DNA of 63,408 nucleotides, counting the filler, from Nitrospirae bacterium CG2_30_53_67 (GTDB lineage Bacteria > CG2-30-53-67): NCBI GenBank assembly GCA_001873285.1. It is 7 parts of 7 records of this genome, joined end to end, with 100 filler letters (N's around TTAATTAATTAA, not from the genome) between each part and the next. Parts side by side here need not be neighbours in the genome. Positions count along the whole stretch, not along the records: positions 1 to 24,534 come from MNYV01000090.1; positions 24,635 to 30,564 come from MNYV01000034.1; 5 more parts are not named here. One strand, written 5' to 3'. The translations under genes were made by a program, and so were the position numbers. The notes under the pieces were generated by a model, which did no database searches, was not told where the DNA came from, and saw only the letters and a list, made by a program, of their open reading frames with translations. Positions 17,647 to 28,345 of this stretch are shown here, in pieces; position 1 is the stretch's first letter; each line of letters starts with the position of its first letter.

Positions 17647-20148
17647 ATGGAAAACAACAAGATTGAATATGAGATTTTAAGAGATATCCTCAAGATCAGC
17701 AATTCCACGTTGAATCTTCACGAGCGGCTCAATCAGGTGGTGGAAAAGATCGTGAACAAGATGCACGTGGATGCCGGCGCCGTCTATCTGATGAAAAAGG
17801 GCGGCGAGGCCCTGAGCCTCAAGGCCGCGGTCGGCCTCAACCCCGAGATGATCAACGGAATATCCTTGAAAGTCGGGGAGGGGATCACGGGATGGGTTGC
17901 AGTGGAGAAGACCCCGTTGGCCGTTCGGGATATCTTTCAGGATCCGAGAATGAAGAAATTCCCGGGGAGCGGAGAGGAGAAATACCGCTCCATGATCTCG
18001 ACTCCGATCCTTTTTCTGGGCAAATGTCTCGGGGTCATCAATATCTGGACCATTGCAGAAAAAGAGTTCACCACAGACGACCTCCATCTTCTCAGTTCCA
18101 TCGCGGACGGCATCGGAGGGAGTATCCGCAACGCCCAGCTCTATCTGGATGCCACGGAACAGTATGAGGAACTGGTTTCCCTGTACGACATCAGCAAGAT
18201 GCTCAGCTCCACGCTGGAGCTTCAGGAGCTGATCGGCATGGTGACAAGAAAGAGCACGGAATTTATCGGGGCCAGCGGATGTATGCTCCATCTTCTGGAT
18301 GGGAATGACAACCTCCTGAAGGTCAAATCCATGTATGGGCTCTACAAGAATCCGGAGGAGATCTCCCGGACGCATCTCAAACTGGGCGAAGGAACAGCCG
18401 GCCAGGTGGCGGCAAAGGCCGCCCCCATGATGATCAATAAGCTGTCGAAAGATTCGGAAAATGTCCTCCCCATGGAGAGAATCTTCTCCTCCCTTCTCTG
18501 TGTCCCCATGACCGTAAAGGAGAGGGTCATCGGGACCCTGACCCTTCATGACAAGAAAGACGCCTTCGGCGCCCTGGTCCCTTTCGACAAGGACGACATG
18601 AACCTCCTGATGGCGCTGGCCAGCCAGGGGGCGTTGGTTCTTGAAAATGCATGGAACTACGAAAGGGCGGAGCGGCTCTTTCAGGAGAACGCGCAAAAAG
18701 CAAATGATTTTGCCATTCTCTATGAGATCAGCAACGCCATGAGCACGACCATGAACCTGGACCAGCTTCTGCAGATCATTCTGAAAGCCGTCACCTTCGG
18801 CGGGGGGCTGAACTTCAACCGGTCAATTCTCCTGTTGGTTAATGAAAAGACCAACACCCTGCAGGGGATGCTCGGCGTAGGGCCGGACAGCGGAGAGGAC
18901 GCCTTCCGTATCTGGACGGAAATCGGTTCCAAGAAGATGAGCTTCAAGGAATGGATTGCTTCGGTCAAGGCCTCCGGTCATGACCGCACGAGCCGGTTTG
19001 ACCATCTGGCCAAGGGGATAAGGATTCCCATTGAATACGGGAAAGGGGTCCTGGCCCTGACGGTCCTGGAGAAGAGAGGGTTCAACATCAGGAATGCCAG
19101 GGAGGATCTGCGGATCAACCCCGAAATTCTACAAAAACTGGAATTTGAAAGTTTTGCAACCGTTCCCCTGATCTCTCAGGATCGGGTGATCGGGGTGATC
19201 ATCGTGGACAATCTTTATAACAAGAGAGAGATCACGGAGAATGACCTGAGACGTCTGGAACTTTTTGCGAGTCAAGCCGGACTGGCCATTGAAAACGCCA
19301 AGGTCTACTCGGATCTGGAGATGGCCGCCCGTTCCATCCGAGAGCTTCAGGATCGGCTGATCCAATCGGAAAAGATGGCGGCCTTGGGAGAAATGGCCGC
19401 CAGCATTGCCCATGAGATCCGCAATCCCCTGGTTTCCATCGGGGGATTCGCCCGCAGGCTCGACAGCAAGCTTGATGCATCCAACCCGGAGAAGCGTTAC
19501 TCCAGAATCATCGTTAAGGAAGTCGGCCGGCTGGAGAAAGTGCTTCAGGAAGTTCTGGCTTTTTCACGATCCGCGGAGCCGATGTTCTCCGAATGCAATG
19601 TCATCACGATCCTTGAGGAGGCCCTGGAGGTTTTCGAGGAGAGTTTTTCCGAGAGCGGGATTGAAGTCAGCAGGGATTTTCATGACGGGATTCCAACCAT
19701 CCACGTCGACTCCAACCAGATCAAACAGGTTTTTATCAATCTTTTTTCCAATGCACAGCATGCCATGAGCAAGGGAGGGCGCCTATCCGTCGGGTGTGAA
19801 TATAAGGAAGTGGAAGGCGAGGTCATGGTTTATGTGAGTGATACGGGCGGAGGGATATCCGAAGATGTGATCACGAATATTTTCAATCCTTTTTTCACGA
19901 CCAAACATACCGGCACAGGACTGGGGCTGGCGATCACGCACAGGGTTGTGGACGCGCATGGCGGAGATATTCTGGTCAAGAATGAACCGGGTGTCGGGGT
20001 CACCTTCTCGATTTCCTTGCCTGCCAGGCAAAAACAGGGAGCGGCAATCCAGGAGATGGATCTCTCTGAGGCAAGGACAAGCCTGAAGGGGAAAGAAATT
20101 CATCACAAGGGTCAGGAGGATTTTCTGGACGACAAGGTGAAGGGGTGA
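17647..20148 (+). CDS. multi-GAF sensor histidine kinase
   Basis: Three GAF-like repeats, H-box AHEIRNPL, N-box QVFINLFSNA, G-boxes DTGGGI and GTGLGL. Confidence 0.93.
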   Translation: MENNKIEYEILRDILKISNSTLNLHERLNQVVEKIVNKMHVDAGAVYLMKKGGEALSLKAAVGLNPEMINGISLKVGEGITGWVAVEKTPLAVRDIFQDPRMKKFPGSGEEKYRSMISTPILFLGKCLGVINIWTIAEKEFTTDDLHLLSSIADGIGGSIRNAQLYLDATEQYEELVSLYDISKMLSSTLELQELIGMVTRKSTEFIGASGCMLHLLDGNDNLLKVKSMYGLYKNPEEISRTHLKLGEGTAGQVAAKAAPMMINKLSKDSENVLPMERIFSSLLCVPMTVKERVIGTLTLHDKKDAFGALVPFDKDDMNLLMALASQGALVLENAWNYERAERLFQENAQKANDFAILYEISNAMSTTMNLDQLLQIILKAVTFGGGLNFNRSILLLVNEKTNTLQGMLGVGPDSGEDAFRIWTEIGSKKMSFKEWIASVKASGHDRTSRFDHLAKGIRIPIEYGKGVLALTVLEKRGFNIRNAREDLRINPEILQKLEFESFATVPLISQDRVIGVIIVDNLYNKREITENDLRRLELFASQAGLAIENAKVYSDLEMAARSIRELQDRLIQSEKMAALGEMAASIAHEIRNPLVSIGGFARRLDSKLDASNPEKRYSRIIVKEVGRLEKVLQEVLAFSRSAEPMFSECNVITILEEALEVFEESFSESGIEVSRDFHDGIPTIHVDSNQIKQVFINLFSNAQHAMSKGGRLSVGCEYKEVEGEVMVYVSDTGGGISEDVITNIFNPFFTTKHTGTGLGLAITHRVVDAHGGDILVKNEPGVGVTFSISLPARQKQGAAIQEMDLSEARTSLKGKEIHHKGQEDFLDDKVKG

Positions 20149-20211
20149 GGTGAAAGCTTCCATGTCCTTGTCTTTTATCGTTTAAGACATGGATGGAGAA
20201 AGGGGGTATGT

Positions 20212-20565
20212 ATGAAAACAGTTTTAATTGTAGACGACGAGGAGAATATCCGAACCCTCTACAAGGAAGAGCTGACGGATGAAGGGTATCATGTCATCCT
20301 GGCCAGCAACGGATATGAAGCCCTGGAGGTTCTGAGTGTTCAGAAACCCGATGCGATTATTCTCGATATCAAGATGCCCGGAATGGACGGGGTGAATCTC
20401 CTGAAACTGATCAAGGAAAGAAAAGAAGATGATATCCCGGTCATCATCTGTTCAGCGTATGAGGAGTATAAACAGGATTTTTCGCTCTGGGCCTCTGAAG
20501 AATATATTGTAAAATCCTCGGATTTGACCAAGATGAAGAGCGCTTTAAAGAGGATTCTGAAATAG
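20212..20565 (+). CDS. single-domain response regulator
   Basis: VDDEENI, ILDIKMPGMDG, IICSAY, YIVKSSD. Confidence 0.92.
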   Translation: MKTVLIVDDEENIRTLYKEELTDEGYHVILASNGYEALEVLSVQKPDAIILDIKMPGMDGVNLLKLIKERKEDDIPVIICSAYEEYKQDFSLWASEEYIVKSSDLTKMKSALKRILK

Positions 20566-20650
20566 CCTGGGGGGTGTCCGGCCGGTCCTGCACGGCCCCA
20601 TGGCATTCCAGGATTCTCGGGATTTTTGAATGGTTGTAGAAAATAGATCC

Positions 20651-21016
20651 ATGGCTTCGGATAAAGATCATTCAATACTGATTGTTGATGACGAAGAGAG
20701 TATCTGCCTTCTCTATCAGGCGGAACTGGATGATCGTGGTTACTCTGTCCGGGTCCAGACCGACGGGACCCGGGCCATGGAGGATATCGAAAGGTTCCAT
20801 CCGGACCTCGTGATTCTGGACATTAAGATGCCCGGCGCCGACGGCCTGGAGATTCTGGATCACATCAAAAGCCGGTTCCCGGATATTGATGTGATCCTGA
20901 ATTCGGCTTACGGCTCCTTCAGGAATGAAGCCTCTGCCAGGAAGGCCGATGGATACGTCATCAAGTCCTCGGACATGACCGATCTGCTGAAAACCATTGA
21001 AAAGGTGCTTGCTTGA
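20651..21016 (+). CDS. single-domain response regulator (paralog of the upstream gene)
   Basis: VDDEESI, ILDIKMPGADG, ILNSAY, YVIKSSD; start could be 20630. Confidence 0.9.
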   Translation: MASDKDHSILIVDDEESICLLYQAELDDRGYSVRVQTDGTRAMEDIERFHPDLVILDIKMPGADGLEILDHIKSRFPDIDVILNSAYGSFRNEASARKADGYVIKSSDMTDLLKTIEKVLA

Positions 21017-22023
21017 GGAACAAGAAAGGTCAAGCCTTTGGAGAGTTCGATCTGATCGAGCGCATGACCGGACCGGCCGGGATATTTTCCAAGAATCTTC
21101 GCACTGGAATCGGCGATGACTGCGCCGTCATCTCAGGCGATGCATCGTTCGATATTCTGCTCACATCGGATCTGCTCGTTGAAAAGATTCACTTCGACCG
21201 CCGCTGGTTTCTTCCGGAGCAAATCGGAGGCAAGGCCTTTCTGTCGAGTCTGAGCGACATTGCCGCGATGGGAGGTTTGCCGGAATTCGCCCTGGTGAGC
21301 CTGGCCGTTCCCCGCTCCGTTGCAGGAAGAGAGGCAGAGGCTCTCTACCGGGGGATCAGAGATGCGGCCGGTCAGTTCAAGGTCACTCTTGCAGGCGGGG
21401 ATCTTTCCGGCTCGGACGGCCGGATCTTCATCGACATGATGCATGTTGGAAGGATAGAGAAAGGCCGGGCCGTGCTGCGGTCTGGAGCGAAACCCGGAGA
21501 CCGCATCTTTGTGAGCGGGACGTTGGGAGATGCCGCCTTGGGGCTTCGTGCCCTCCAGTCGGATCTGAAGATCGAGAGTGCGGAACCCTTTATACGCAGG
21601 CAGAGGATGCCTGAGCCAAGGATCACCTTGGGCCGGGCCCTCAGCTCGGGGCGCCTGGCCTCCGCCATGATTGATCTGAGCGACGGCCTCTCTTCAGACC
21701 TTGGACATCTATGCAAATCAAGCGGGGTGGGCGCCCGTGTAAGGTTTAAGGACCTGCCGGTCTCGAAAGATTACCGAAGGGTCTGTATGAAGTTGTCCGT
21801 GGACCCTGTGTCCAACCTTCTTCACGGTGGAGAGGACTATGAACTTCTTTTCACGGTCCCTCCCTGTGATCTGATGGGGTTGAAACAGGCCCGTCTTCCG
21901 GTTCCGGTGGTTGAGATCGGCGAGATTCTTACGGTCTCAGAAGGTCTTTCCGTCGAATTTCCCGACGGCGGATGCATAGAGCTTGCTTCCGGAGGATACG
22001 ATCACTTTCGGATGGACGGCTGA
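21013..22023 (+). CDS. thiL: thiamine-monophosphate kinase
   Basis: GEFDLI, GIGDDCA, SDIAAMGG, GGD, IDLSDGL, GGEDYELLF, GYDHF. Confidence 0.95.
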   Translation: MRNKKGQAFGEFDLIERMTGPAGIFSKNLRTGIGDDCAVISGDASFDILLTSDLLVEKIHFDRRWFLPEQIGGKAFLSSLSDIAAMGGLPEFALVSLAVPRSVAGREAEALYRGIRDAAGQFKVTLAGGDLSGSDGRIFIDMMHVGRIEKGRAVLRSGAKPGDRIFVSGTLGDAALGLRALQSDLKIESAEPFIRRQRMPEPRITLGRALSSGRLASAMIDLSDGLSSDLGHLCKSSGVGARVRFKDLPVSKDYRRVCMKLSVDPVSNLLHGGEDYELLFTVPPCDLMGLKQARLPVPVVEIGEILTVSEGLSVEFPDGGCIELASGGYDHFRMDG

Positions 22024-22069
22024 ACATAGAATCATCCCTGATCATCATCAAATAGAAAGGCGGCTTCAA

Positions 22070-23170
22070 ATGATTATCGGAATTGTCGGGCTCCCCAACT
22101 GCGGGAAGACCACGCTTTTTAATGCCTTAACCGGCGGGACCGCCGAGACGGCCTCCTATGCCCAGACCGGGGCCGAACCCAACGTGGGCGTGGTCAAGGT
22201 CCCGGATGCACGGGTGGACCGTTTGAGCGAGATCTACAAACCCCAAAAGACCACTCACGTCTCCGTGGAAGTCGTGGACCTTCCCGGCCTTCCCAGGGGG
22301 AGCGTGTCCGAGGGGGCCAAGGTTACGGAATTTCTTCAACGAGCTCGAGAGGTGGATGCCCTGGTCCACGTGGTCAGGGTTTTTACGGATGCCTCGGTCC
22401 CGCATCCTGCCGGATCTGTGGATCCTCTCAGGGATGTGCAGGACCTCGAGATCGAGCTGATGCTGAGCGATCTCGGGATCATCGAGAAGAGGCTTGAGCG
22501 GATCGAAGCCTCCCTGAAAAAAGGAATGGATAGGCAGAAGAACGAAAAGGAGAAAGCGCTTCTCGACCGCTTCCGGAAGGCGCTGGAGGCGGAGAAGCCG
22601 CTCCGGGATCTCTCCATTGAGGCCGAAGAGGAAAAGCTGGTCCGGGGGTACCGTTTCCTGACTCTCCTTCCGGTGATCCTTGTGTTGAATATCAGTGAAG
22701 AGGCCATAGGCGCGCCCGAAACCGAGGGATTATGCGTGAGGGTCCGGGAGATGTTTCCCGGCGAGAAGTTCAGGGCGGAGGCGGTCTGCGCCAAGATTGA
22801 GATGGAACTCTGCCGCCTTTCTCCGGACGAGGCCAGGCTCTTCATGGAAGATCTGGGGATCAGGGAATCGGCCATGGAGCGCCTGATCCACACCTGCTAT
22901 GATCTTCTCGGGCTGATCTCCTTCCTGACCGTGGGTGAAGATGAAGTGCGCGCATGGACCATCATGAAACAAACCCCCGCGGTGCGTGCCGCAGGGGCCA
23001 TCCATTCGGATATTGAACGGGGCTTTATCAAGGCCGAGGTGGTCACTTTCGATCATTTCATCGAGGCCGGCTCCATGGCCCACGCCAGGGAGAAAGGGAC
23101 CCTCCGGCTCGAGGGCAAGGAGTATATCATTCTGGACGGGGATATCGTGCATTTCAAGTTTAATGTATAA
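22070..23170 (+). CDS. ychF: redox-regulated ATPase YchF
   Basis: GIVGLPNCGKTTLFNALT, EVRAWTI, AGAIHSDIERGFIKAE, GDIVHFKFNV. Confidence 0.95.
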   Translation: MIIGIVGLPNCGKTTLFNALTGGTAETASYAQTGAEPNVGVVKVPDARVDRLSEIYKPQKTTHVSVEVVDLPGLPRGSVSEGAKVTEFLQRAREVDALVHVVRVFTDASVPHPAGSVDPLRDVQDLEIELMLSDLGIIEKRLERIEASLKKGMDRQKNEKEKALLDRFRKALEAEKPLRDLSIEAEEEKLVRGYRFLTLLPVILVLNISEEAIGAPETEGLCVRVREMFPGEKFRAEAVCAKIEMELCRLSPDEARLFMEDLGIRESAMERLIHTCYDLLGLISFLTVGEDEVRAWTIMKQTPAVRAAGAIHSDIERGFIKAEVVTFDHFIEAGSMAHAREKGTLRLEGKEYIILDGDIVHFKFNV

Positions 23171-23183
23171 CGGCTTTGTAAAA

Positions 23184-23242
23184 AACCCCCTCACCCTCCC
23201 CTCTCCCCCTTTGAAGGGGGAGAGGATAAAGGTGAGGGGGTT
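23184..23242. repeat. REP-like palindrome, family C
   Basis: aaccccctcacc...ctctcccccttt gaagggggagag...ggtgagggggtt; related copies at 38409-38532 and 60961-61060. Confidence 0.7.
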
Positions 23243-23275
23243 ACAAATGAATAAAAAAAAGTCACAGGAGAGAAC

Positions 23276-24534
23276 ATGTCGCAAGATCTGAAAACAGTCA
23301 GTTGGGATCTTTCCCGGCTTTATTCATCGGTCTCGGACCCGGCCATGGAGACCGATATGCAGACCGGCATGAAACAGGTCCATAAATTCCGGGAGCGGTA
23401 TTACGGGAAGATCGGGTCCGAAAAACTGACGGCCGAGACCCTCAGGGCCGCCATCATGGAGATCGAGGCCCTTCAGGAGAAGGTCTTAAAGCCCTATCTC
23501 TATGCCCAGCTTGTTTTTTCTGCGGACACGGAAAAGGATGCGCATAAGGAGCTGGTCCAGAAGACACGCGAGTTTCTCTCGAGGCTCCGCCACGAGATTA
23601 TCTTCTTTGAACTGGAGATCCTCTCCATCCCGGATCATCGGTTTGACAAACTCATGTCCGACCCCCTGCTTGCGAATTACCGTCATTACCTCAAGCGGCT
23701 GCGCCTCTTTAAGCCCTATACCCTCTCGGAAAAAGAAGAACAGGTCATCAATATAAAAGACATGGCCGGCAAGCAGGCCTTCAGTCAGCTCTTCGAGGAG
23801 CTTTCTTCCTCCTTCGTTTATCGTCTCAACCTCGAAGGGGAGGAGCGGGACTATACCGGGGAGGAGCTTCTGGCCATGCTCCACCGTTCCGAGGCCGAAA
23901 TCAGGGAGCGGGCCTTCTCCGCATTCCTGGACCGGCACGGGGAGAACGCACTCGTCCTCTCGTCGGTGTTCAACAATATCTTCCTGGACCACTCCGAGGA
24001 ATGCCATCTTCGGGGATACAAGGATCCCATAACCGCCACACACCTCACGAACGAGCTCTCGCACGAGACCATCGAACGGATGATGGAGGTCACGGAAAAG
24101 AATTATTCCCTGGCGCAGGATTATTTCAGGCTCAAGGCCCGGCTGCTCAATTTGCCGAAACTCAAAAACTGTGACGTTTATGCCCCCGTGGGTGAGGTAA
24201 ATAAAGTCTTCCCCTTTGATGAGGCCAGGGACAAGGTCTTGAAGGCCTTCGGAGACTTCAGCCCGGAGATGGAAAAGATCGCGAAGGAATTCTTTGAAGA
24301 GTCCCGTATTGATGCGGCAGTCCGGCATGGGAAAACCGGCGGCGCCTTCTGCAGCGGCATGACCCCCAGGATTCCTTCCTATGTGCTCATGAACTATACC
24401 GGGAACCTCCGGGATGTGGCCACCCTGGCCCATGAGCTGGGGCACGGGGTCCATTTTTCGCTTTCCAAGAAACAGACCCTGGTCAATTATGATGCCGTGC
24501 TCCCCATGGCCGAGACCGCCTCTGTTTTCGGCGA
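23276..24534 (+). CDS. M3-family oligoendopeptidase (3'-truncated at gap)
   Basis: WDLSRLY start, GKTGGAFC, TLAHELGHGVH zinc motif, AETAS. Confidence 0.92.
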
Positions 24535-24634
24535 NNNNNNNNNNNNNNNNNNNNNNNNNNNNNNNNNNNNNNNNNNNNTTAATTAATTAANNNNNNNNNN
24601 NNNNNNNNNNNNNNNNNNNNNNNNNNNNNNNNNN
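24535..24634. other. artificial contig-joining spacer
   Basis: N-run + TTAATTAATTAA (stops in all frames) + N-run. Confidence 0.97.
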
Positions 24635-26178
24635 TCCGAATCCTGGATCATCTTTTGAATCTCTTCCTCAGAAAGCCCGCTCGATGCCGTGATCTTAATG
24701 GACTGCTCCTTGCCGGTCCCTTTGTCCCTGGCCGAGACATGAACGATACCGTTCGCATCAATATCAAAGGTGACTTCGATCTGCGGGACCCCTCTCGGCG
24801 CCGGGGGAATCCCGACCAGTTCGAATCTCCCCATGGACTTATTATCTCCCGCCATCTCCCGCTCACCCTGCATGACATGGACACTGACCGCCGGCTGATT
24901 GTCGGATGCCGTGGAGAAGATCTGGCTCTTTCTGGTCGGTATCGTGGTGTTCCGTTCGATCAGTTTCGTAAAAACACCGCCCACGGTTTCAATGCCGAGA
25001 GACAGGGGGGTCACATCAAGAAGCAGCACATCTTCCACCGTCCCCTTTAGAACCCCGCCCTGGATTCCTGCGCCCATGGCTACGACCTCATCAGGGTTGA
25101 CTCCCTTATGAGGCTTTTGCCCGAAGATCTTTTCTACGGTTTTCTGTACCAGCGGCATCCGGGTCTGCCCGCCGACCAGGATGACCGAATGGATATCCGT
25201 TATGCTGATGCCGGCATCAGCAATGGCCTGATGACACGGCCCGACTGTCTTCTCAACCAGATCCTCAACCAGGGATTCCAGTTTCGCCCGGGTCATCCTG
25301 ATATTCAGGTGTTTGGGGCCGCTCGAGTCGGCTGTAATAAACGGCAGATTGATATCCGTCTCCATGGCCGTGGAAAGCTCGATCTTGGCCTTCTCCGCCC
25401 CTTCCTTCAGGCGCTGCAGGGCCATCTTATCCCTTCTCAAGTCAAACCCCTGTTCCCTCTTGAACTCGGAGGCCAGATAATCAATGACCCTCTGATCAAA
25501 ATCTTCTCCGCCAAGGTAGGTATCGCCGTTGGTGGATTTGACCTCCAGAACCCCTTCCCGGATCTCAAGGATTGAGATATCGAAAGTCCCTCCTCCCAAA
25601 TCATAGACAGCGACCAGTTCATCCCGCTTCTTGTCCAAGCCGTATGCCAATGCCGCCGCCGTAGGCTCGTTGATGATTCTCAGAACCTCAAGCCCGGCGA
25701 TCCTGCCTGCATCCTTGGTGGCCTGTCTTTGGCTGTCGTTGAAGTACGCCGGAACCGTGATCACAGCCTCGGTGATCTCTTCCCCGAAATAGTCCTCTGC
25801 CGTCTGTTTCATCTTTTGAAGGACCATCGCGGAGATCTCGGGCGTGCTGTAATCCTTGTCCCGGATGGAGATCAGGACATCCCCCCTCGGCGACTCCTTA
25901 AGAAGGAAAGGAAGGTTCTCCATGGCCTTCTGGACTTCGATGGACCGGAACTTCCGGCCGATGAACCGTTTCACGGAGAATACCGTATTCTCCGGATTGG
26001 TGACGGCCTGCCGTTTGGCCACCTGCCCGACCAGCCGCTCTCCATGTTCCGTAAAGGCGATCATCGACGGCGTGGTGCGGCTCCCTTCAGAGTTCTCAAT
26101 CACCTTAGGGTCCTTCCCGTCCAGAACGGATACACAGGAGTTGGTGGTACCGAGATCTACACCTATGACTCTGCCCAT
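24635..26178 (-). CDS. dnaK: chaperone DnaK (3'-truncated at gap)
   Basis: [53 protein letters not shown]. Confidence 0.98.
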
Positions 26179-26231
26179 AAGACACTCACTCCGAAGATAG
26201 GGCGATCCTCATCGCCTTAATTTCTGAAGAA

Positions 26232-26885
26232 TCACTCTTCATCGTTCATGACCGTTTCAGCCTTGTCCCGGGATTTTTTGGAAACCTTGACCATAGCCGG
26301 CCTGATCAGCCTGTCCTTCAGGATATATCCTTTCTGAAGTTCCGAAATCACCATGTTTTCTTCATACTCGTCCGCAACCTCGTGTATCACCGCTTCATGA
26401 AGACGAGGATCGAAAGGCTCACCCATGGCCCTCATCTCCTTCACACCGTACTTATCCAGGATGTCCTTCAACTGTTTCAGAATCATCTCCACGCCCAGCG
26501 CGACCCCTTCAGACTGATCATGATTTTTTGTCTGTTCAATCGCGCGTTCCAGATTGTCAACCACGACGAGAATATCCTTGATCATCCCTTCGTTGGCGTA
26601 CTTGATGAATTCCGACTTCTCTTTATCCATCCTTTTTTTGTAATTCTCAAATTCCGCGTAGACCCGTAAAAATTTGTCGTAATTTTCTTCAGCCTTCTGC
26701 TCGGCGGCTTGAATCGCGCTCTGCGCCTCGGATACAGCGGCTTCTTCAACCGAGGCTTGGGCTTGATCGGCAGGGCTCCCGCCTGCCGTCTCATCGAACA
26801 GCGCCTGCGATTCTTCAATATTTTCTTTTCCGGACTGAAACTCTTCTTCTCTCCCGCCGGAAACATCCTTGCATTCATCAGACAT
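26232..26885 (-). CDS. grpE: nucleotide exchange factor GrpE
   Basis: AEFENYKKR, VVDNLERA, FDPRLHEA, QKGY.LKDRLIRPAMVKV; start set at ATG 26885 after GAGGAG. Confidence 0.96.
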   Translation of the reverse strand: MSDECKDVSGGREEEFQSGKENIEESQALFDETAGGSPADQAQASVEEAAVSEAQSAIQAAEQKAEENYDKFLRVYAEFENYKKRMDKEKSEFIKYANEGMIKDILVVVDNLERAIEQTKNHDQSEGVALGVEMILKQLKDILDKYGVKEMRAMGEPFDPRLHEAVIHEVADEYEENMVISELQKGYILKDRLIRPAMVKVSKKSRDKAETVMNDEE

Positions 26886-26935
26886 AGGATACAAGTCTCC
26901 TCTCTTAAAAAACTCAAAAAAATCGGCCGCGCAGG

Positions 26936-27976
26936 TTAGGACTGACCGCTTATGAATTGGCTGAGAAGTTGGGACGTACAATGGACCACTGAGATCACCT
27001 TGGAATAATCCATGCGTTTCGGACCGATGATGCCCAGGGTGCCGACCACCTTGTCTTTGTACTTGTAATTGGCTGTAACCAGGCTGCAGTCCTCCAAGAT
27101 CCGCATCGGGTTCTCAGAACCGATGTACACCACCACCCCTTCAGAATCCATGCTCCTGTCCAGAAGCTGTACCAGGATGGATTTTCTCTCAAAAGCCTGC
27201 AAAATCTTCTTGACTCTCTTCAGGTCCGAAAACTCCGGGAGGTCCACGATATTGGAAGCCCCTTCCATATAGATCTGACCGTTGGTCCCAAAAAATTCGG
27301 AAGATGATTCATCCGCCAGAAAGATTTTTCTCAATAAATTCTGATAGAGCTGCATATCCGCCGCCATCTTCCGGACAATCCTTTCCCGGACCCCCTCCAG
27401 GGTGAGCCCGCAGAGTTCCTCGTTGGCGTAGGAGGTCAGTTCATTCAGATCATCCTGAGACATATTCATGTCCGTTGAAATCAACCGGCTGTGGACCAAC
27501 CCGGACTGGGAAATTAGGATGAGAAGGATCTCATGGTTCGAAAGACGGATAAACTCCATATGGTTGTATATGATATTGGAGAGTTTCGGAGCCAAAACCA
27601 GACCGACGTAGTGGGAAACCATTGAAAGGATCTGCGATGTTTCCTGGAACAGCGCATCCACCTCTCTCCTCCGTTTCAGGGTGACATAATGTCTCGCGAC
27701 CTGGTCCACGTCCTCTTTGGAATGCCCTATGTGATCCATAAGATGATTCACATAGAAACGATACCCCATGTCCGTGGGAACCCGCCCGGCTGATGCATGG
27801 GGCTGCGTGAGATAGCCCATATCATCCAGATCCGCAAGAACGTTCCGGACCGTCGCCGGGCTCAGCTTAAGATTGGTTTTCTTGACCACGGTCCTCGAGG
27901 CCACAGGTCCGCCGGTATTGATATAGTTATGGACCAATGAAAAAAGGATATCCTTGGTCCTTTGATTCAGATCCAT
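26936..27976 (-). CDS. hrcA: heat-inducible transcription repressor HrcA
   Basis: PVASR, SPATVRN, QPHASAGRVPTDMGYRFYV, GIIGPKRMDY. Confidence 0.96.
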   Translation of the reverse strand: MDLNQRTKDILFSLVHNYINTGGPVASRTVVKKTNLKLSPATVRNVLADLDDMGYLTQPHASAGRVPTDMGYRFYVNHLMDHIGHSKEDVDQVARHYVTLKRRREVDALFQETSQILSMVSHYVGLVLAPKLSNIIYNHMEFIRLSNHEILLILISQSGLVHSRLISTDMNMSQDDLNELTSYANEELCGLTLEGVRERIVRKMAADMQLYQNLLRKIFLADESSSEFFGTNGQIYMEGASNIVDLPEFSDLKRVKKILQAFERKSILVQLLDRSMDSEGVVVYIGSENPMRILEDCSLVTANYKYKDKVVGTLGIIGPKRMDYSKVISVVHCTSQLLSQFISGQS

Positions 27977-28138
27977 GGTTTCATCACCCTATCGTTGATT
28001 TCAGATATGTTTATTCTATCTCTCCAAACATTCTAAGTCAATATTTTTTAAAGGCTTTTTCCCTGCCTCTCTTGTCTTTTAGTCCGAAAATCTCCCCTTA
28101 TCAAGAGAGATCCTCTTCATATGAGTATAAATATAACA

Positions 28139-28165
28139 TTAGCAATCTCTGCTTTCAAGTGCTAA
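28139..28165 (-). promoter_or_regulatory. CIRCE element (HrcA operator)
   Basis: TTAGCAATC-N9-AAGTGCTAA versus consensus TTAGCACTC-N9-GAGTGCTAA, upstream of hrcA. Confidence 0.92.
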
Positions 28166-28166
28166 T

Positions 28167-28195
28167 ACTGTAACAACTCGCCATTTTCATGTCAA
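28167..28195 (-). promoter_or_regulatory. sigma70-type promoter of hrcA-grpE-dnaK
   Basis: Minus strand TTGACA-17 nt-TACAGT directly followed by CIRCE. Confidence 0.75.
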
Positions 28196-28345
28196 GTAAA
28201 AAGAACCTGGGAAAAACGCTTGTATGCTTATATAAATCCTTGTTTTCATAGGTTTTTATACCTTTCCTCTCCACAGACGCACCCTGACTTCATAACAACC
28301 TTGTGAGAGGGTTGACAATCTGATATGATTGCTTGAAAAGATCGT

